The notes below the pieces were generated by a model, which worked only from the letters and a program-made list of their open reading frames with translations, did not search any database and was not told the DNA's origin. A stretch of 44,922 nt of DNA from a virus (lineage: Duplodnaviria; Caudoviricetes), in IMG/VR virus record IMGVR_UViG_3300033067_000720, positions 1 to 44,922 of that record; one strand, written 5' to 3'. A program made the position numbers and the translations under genes. The stretch's first letter is position 1. The number at the start of each line of letters is the position of its first letter. Shown piece by piece: positions 42,871 through 44,922 of the stretch.

Positions 42871-43139
42871 TGGCAATGCAGCAGATGACGAAGAAGAAGG
42901 CCGTAGAGATCGTGGACCAGATCCTCAAGGCCAGGAAGCTGTACGGAGCGCACGCCAAGGTTTCGTACAACATGAGCGATGTGACAGCAGCCCTGGCGCT
43001 GCTACATGAGGAGGGCTCGATCGCGCTGACTCCTGAGCAGGAAGATTTGACGAAGGCGCACCGCCAGTACGCTGCGCTGAATGCCCGCTTCTCGAAGCTG
43101 CAGAAGGCGTACGACGAACTCAAGGGAGCGCAGGCATGA
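42870..43139 (+). CDS. Hypothetical protein
   Basis: TAATG coupling. Confidence 0.7.
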   Translation: MAMQQMTKKKAVEIVDQILKARKLYGAHAKVSYNMSDVTAALALLHEEGSIALTPEQEDLTKAHRQYAALNARFSKLQKAYDELKGAQA

Positions 43140-43387
43140 GCGGCCTTCTCTGCTGCCTGTACGTCTTCACGGAACTGGCGCTCTACGTCCCGCACGACAA
43201 TCCTACGCCCTGGGATCGTCCTACTGCTACCAATCCCTATGCAAGTATTGGCATAGGCTGGGAGAAGGAGCTAAGTCGAGGGGCGTTCTACGTGCAGTTG
43301 AAGCATACGAGCGGCGTGCGGATTGGGGACCAGGGGGATGATGCTCTGCTGGCCGGAGGCCGGCTGTATTTTGGAGAGCGATTATGA
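43136..43387 (+). CDS. Small beta-strand protein, possibly membrane-associated
   Basis: ATGA coupling; amphipathic beta strands. Confidence 0.6.
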   Translation: MSGLLCCLYVFTELALYVPHDNPTPWDRPTATNPYASIGIGWEKELSRGAFYVQLKHTSGVRIGDQGDDALLAGGRLYFGERL

Positions 43388-43707
43388 GCGACCGGACCCA
43401 AGATGAGGTTGTCACCCTTGAGGAGCTGCGGGCTGCGGCTGAGGCAATACCAAGAGTGCAGCCGAATATACGAACCTACATGGACCGTTGGGCCAATGTG
43501 CAGGTTGTCGCACACGAGCAAGAGCGGTCTGCAAGGGAGGACTTTGCCACTGCTGATAGAGCCTACCAGCGCGCCCGCGCCGAGTTCTGGCGGCTGGCGT
43601 ATCTGTGGAGAGGGGCCGAAGTGTCGCTCTACTACAGGGGTGACATCACGGATCACGACATCTCTGACGCAGAGGCCATCATCGCCGAAGTCGAGGCACG
43701 AACATGA
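43384..43707 (+). CDS. Hypothetical protein
   Basis: ATGA coupling. Confidence 0.7.
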   Translation: MSDRTQDEVVTLEELRAAAEAIPRVQPNIRTYMDRWANVQVVAHEQERSAREDFATADRAYQRARAEFWRLAYLWRGAEVSLYYRGDITDHDISDAEAIIAEVEART

Positions 43708-43898
43708 GCAACCTGACCACAAAGAAGATGGCCCGCCTAGCCGTGATCGTTAGCGACTTCGGGGCGGCCGCAAATGTCGGCGGATCGGTAGAGACAAAGG
43801 TCCGCGTCTTTGATGTCCCGCAAGAAATAAAGGACTACATAGACGCGAGCCGGCACCAGTGGTCAACCGTTTCTCTTGCGGTCGAGGACGAATCATGA
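43704..43898 (+). CDS. Hypothetical protein
   Basis: ATGA coupling. Confidence 0.65.
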   Translation: MSNLTTKKMARLAVIVSDFGAAANVGGSVETKVRVFDVPQEIKDYIDASRHQWSTVSLAVEDES

Positions 43899-44092
43899 GC
43901 GACCTGACATCGAACGACCGCGCCACAAAAGCTGTTACCTGCGAAAGCATCAAGCGCGGATCTGGGTTGCGTTGCCATCGCCCTGCAAAGTGGCTAACCC
44001 CGCTGCATCGCTTCGCGTGTTTCCAATTCAAAGTCTGCGGCCAACACAAAGCCAGATATGAAACCGCCATACATAGATGCAAGCCGCTATGA
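43895..44092 (+). CDS. Small Cys-rich hypothetical protein
   Basis: ATGA coupling; C...C...CxxH. Confidence 0.6.
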   Translation: MSDLTSNDRATKAVTCESIKRGSGLRCHRPAKWLTPLHRFACFQFKVCGQHKARYETAIHRCKPL

Positions 44093-44649
44093 CTAGCGAC
44101 CTGACATCGAAGGAGCAATTCACCCGCTGGCTGTGCAGTGAGATGCCAGCCGGGAGCGTGATCGGCAATCCCGCATGGTGGGCGAAGCGCGTATGGGATC
44201 GCGTTCATGGAACCCCTCCAGAGGCGAACGGGATCAAGCCCGTTGCCATCGTGGTCGAGCAGCTTGACGACAACGAGGCGCGTGTCCGCTGGATATTCAA
44301 CCCGGTGCCGGAGGGTCAAGAGTTGCAGTGGGATCATGGACCGCCTCACGAACCGTCACCGGCAGAGGCGAGAGAGATTCCCACAGTTCGCCGTTGGAAC
44401 GCCAAATATCCCGGCATTTCCATGCTTGAACACAACGGGGATTTGGTTCGCAGCGGATTCGGTCCCTACGTTCTCGCTGAGGATTACGACCGGCTATCGC
44501 GGATGCTGGCCGCCATAGAGAAGGCACGCGCTATAGAGCGCAAGGCGCGGCAGCGGCTTCAAACTGAATTGCTGGCACTTTGTACCCAGCACGTTGGCGG
44601 CGAGTTAGACCCCGATGTGGACCCTGCCGGGAATAGTCACCATGAGTGA
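44089..44649 (+). CDS. Modular hypothetical protein
   Basis: ATGA coupling; several short domains. Confidence 0.65.
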   Translation: MTSDLTSKEQFTRWLCSEMPAGSVIGNPAWWAKRVWDRVHGTPPEANGIKPVAIVVEQLDDNEARVRWIFNPVPEGQELQWDHGPPHEPSPAEAREIPTVRRWNAKYPGISMLEHNGDLVRSGFGPYVLAEDYDRLSRMLAAIEKARAIERKARQRLQTELLALCTQHVGGELDPDVDPAGNSHHE

Positions 44650-44922
44650 GCAAAAAGCACGAACCGTAAACCATAGCGAAGCAATGGTCATTGCACGGGC
44701 GAAAAGCACAGGGGCAGGACGGCGGCTAGTTGGAGGTGAGTGGCTGTTCAGCCATGACGAGCTTGTGCGTTTCCATGACCTACTGATCGCTACAGGCATG
44801 AGTGAAGCGGCGACGTTGTGCGAAGGCGAGGCTGGTGACTTCCGCCGCATGGCAAAGGGCGCGCCTAACCCGATGTACGACCATAAGGCAGATACAGCCT
44901 ATGACCTTGCGGCACTGATCCG
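44642..44922 (+). CDS. Hypothetical protein, truncated by the window end
   Basis: MSEQKART... frame open to the last base. Confidence 0.6.
   Translation, partial: MSEQKARTVNHSEAMVIARAKSTGAGRRLVGGEWLFSHDELVRFHDLLIATGMSEAATLCEGEAGDFRRMAKGAPNPMYDHKADTAYDLAALI

Noticed and set aside
44642-44922. Window as an exactly circular complete genome
   Set aside because: No terminal overlap was seen. Joining the ends puts a TGA (44916-44918) in the frame that is open at the start of the window, so a small gap is possible. Completeness cannot be shown.
1-44922. Integrase, repressor, CRISPR array, reverse transcriptase/DGR or stop-codon recoding
   Set aside because: No such motifs or repeat-spacer arrays were seen. 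Genes are intact under the standard code and there is no suppressor tRNA.

Overview
This window is most or all of a ~45 kb, ~60% GC lytic podovirus-type dsDNA phage. The host is probably Gram-negative (lipoprotein in the lysis cassette). No integrase, repressor or single-subunit RNA polymerase is recognisable. Layout: (1) a + strand replication/nucleotide block at 1-10.4 kb: family A DNA polymerase, SSB, 5'-3' exonuclease, PAPS-reductase-like protein, HD hydrolase, endonuclease I-like resolvase, HNH-AP2, dATP/dGTP diphosphohydrolase, DnaQ-like exonuclease. (2) A - strand late operon at 34.7 to 10.4 kb: 13 tRNAs plus several unexplained RNA elements, accessory fibre/Ig-like genes, terminase, portal, scaffold, capsid, short-tail and ejection proteins, lysis. 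(3) A non-coding putative terminus/origin region at ~34.7-35.3 kb. (4) Divergent early genes, with a T3-type SAM lyase first on the + side, followed by two tandem sigma-70-family genes, a Mom-like enzyme, primase, helicase and a hypervariable small-gene array. Main observations: three copies of a bipartite promoter motif (TTGTG-N20-AGAYACTTCTAGTAAG) that fits the phage sigma pair; a 3'UTR segment perfectly complementary to the capsid mRNA just upstream of its SD; a 154-nt tRNA-like RNA with a multibranched middle domain; a preQ1-I-like pseudoknot inside the tRNA array; two tRNAs with a minimal D-arm; and a strongly strand-biased GCCTAC motif in the early region. All calls come from manual reading of the sequence; no searches were run. 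Several starts were moved from the ORF track using SD sites and stop/start overlaps.
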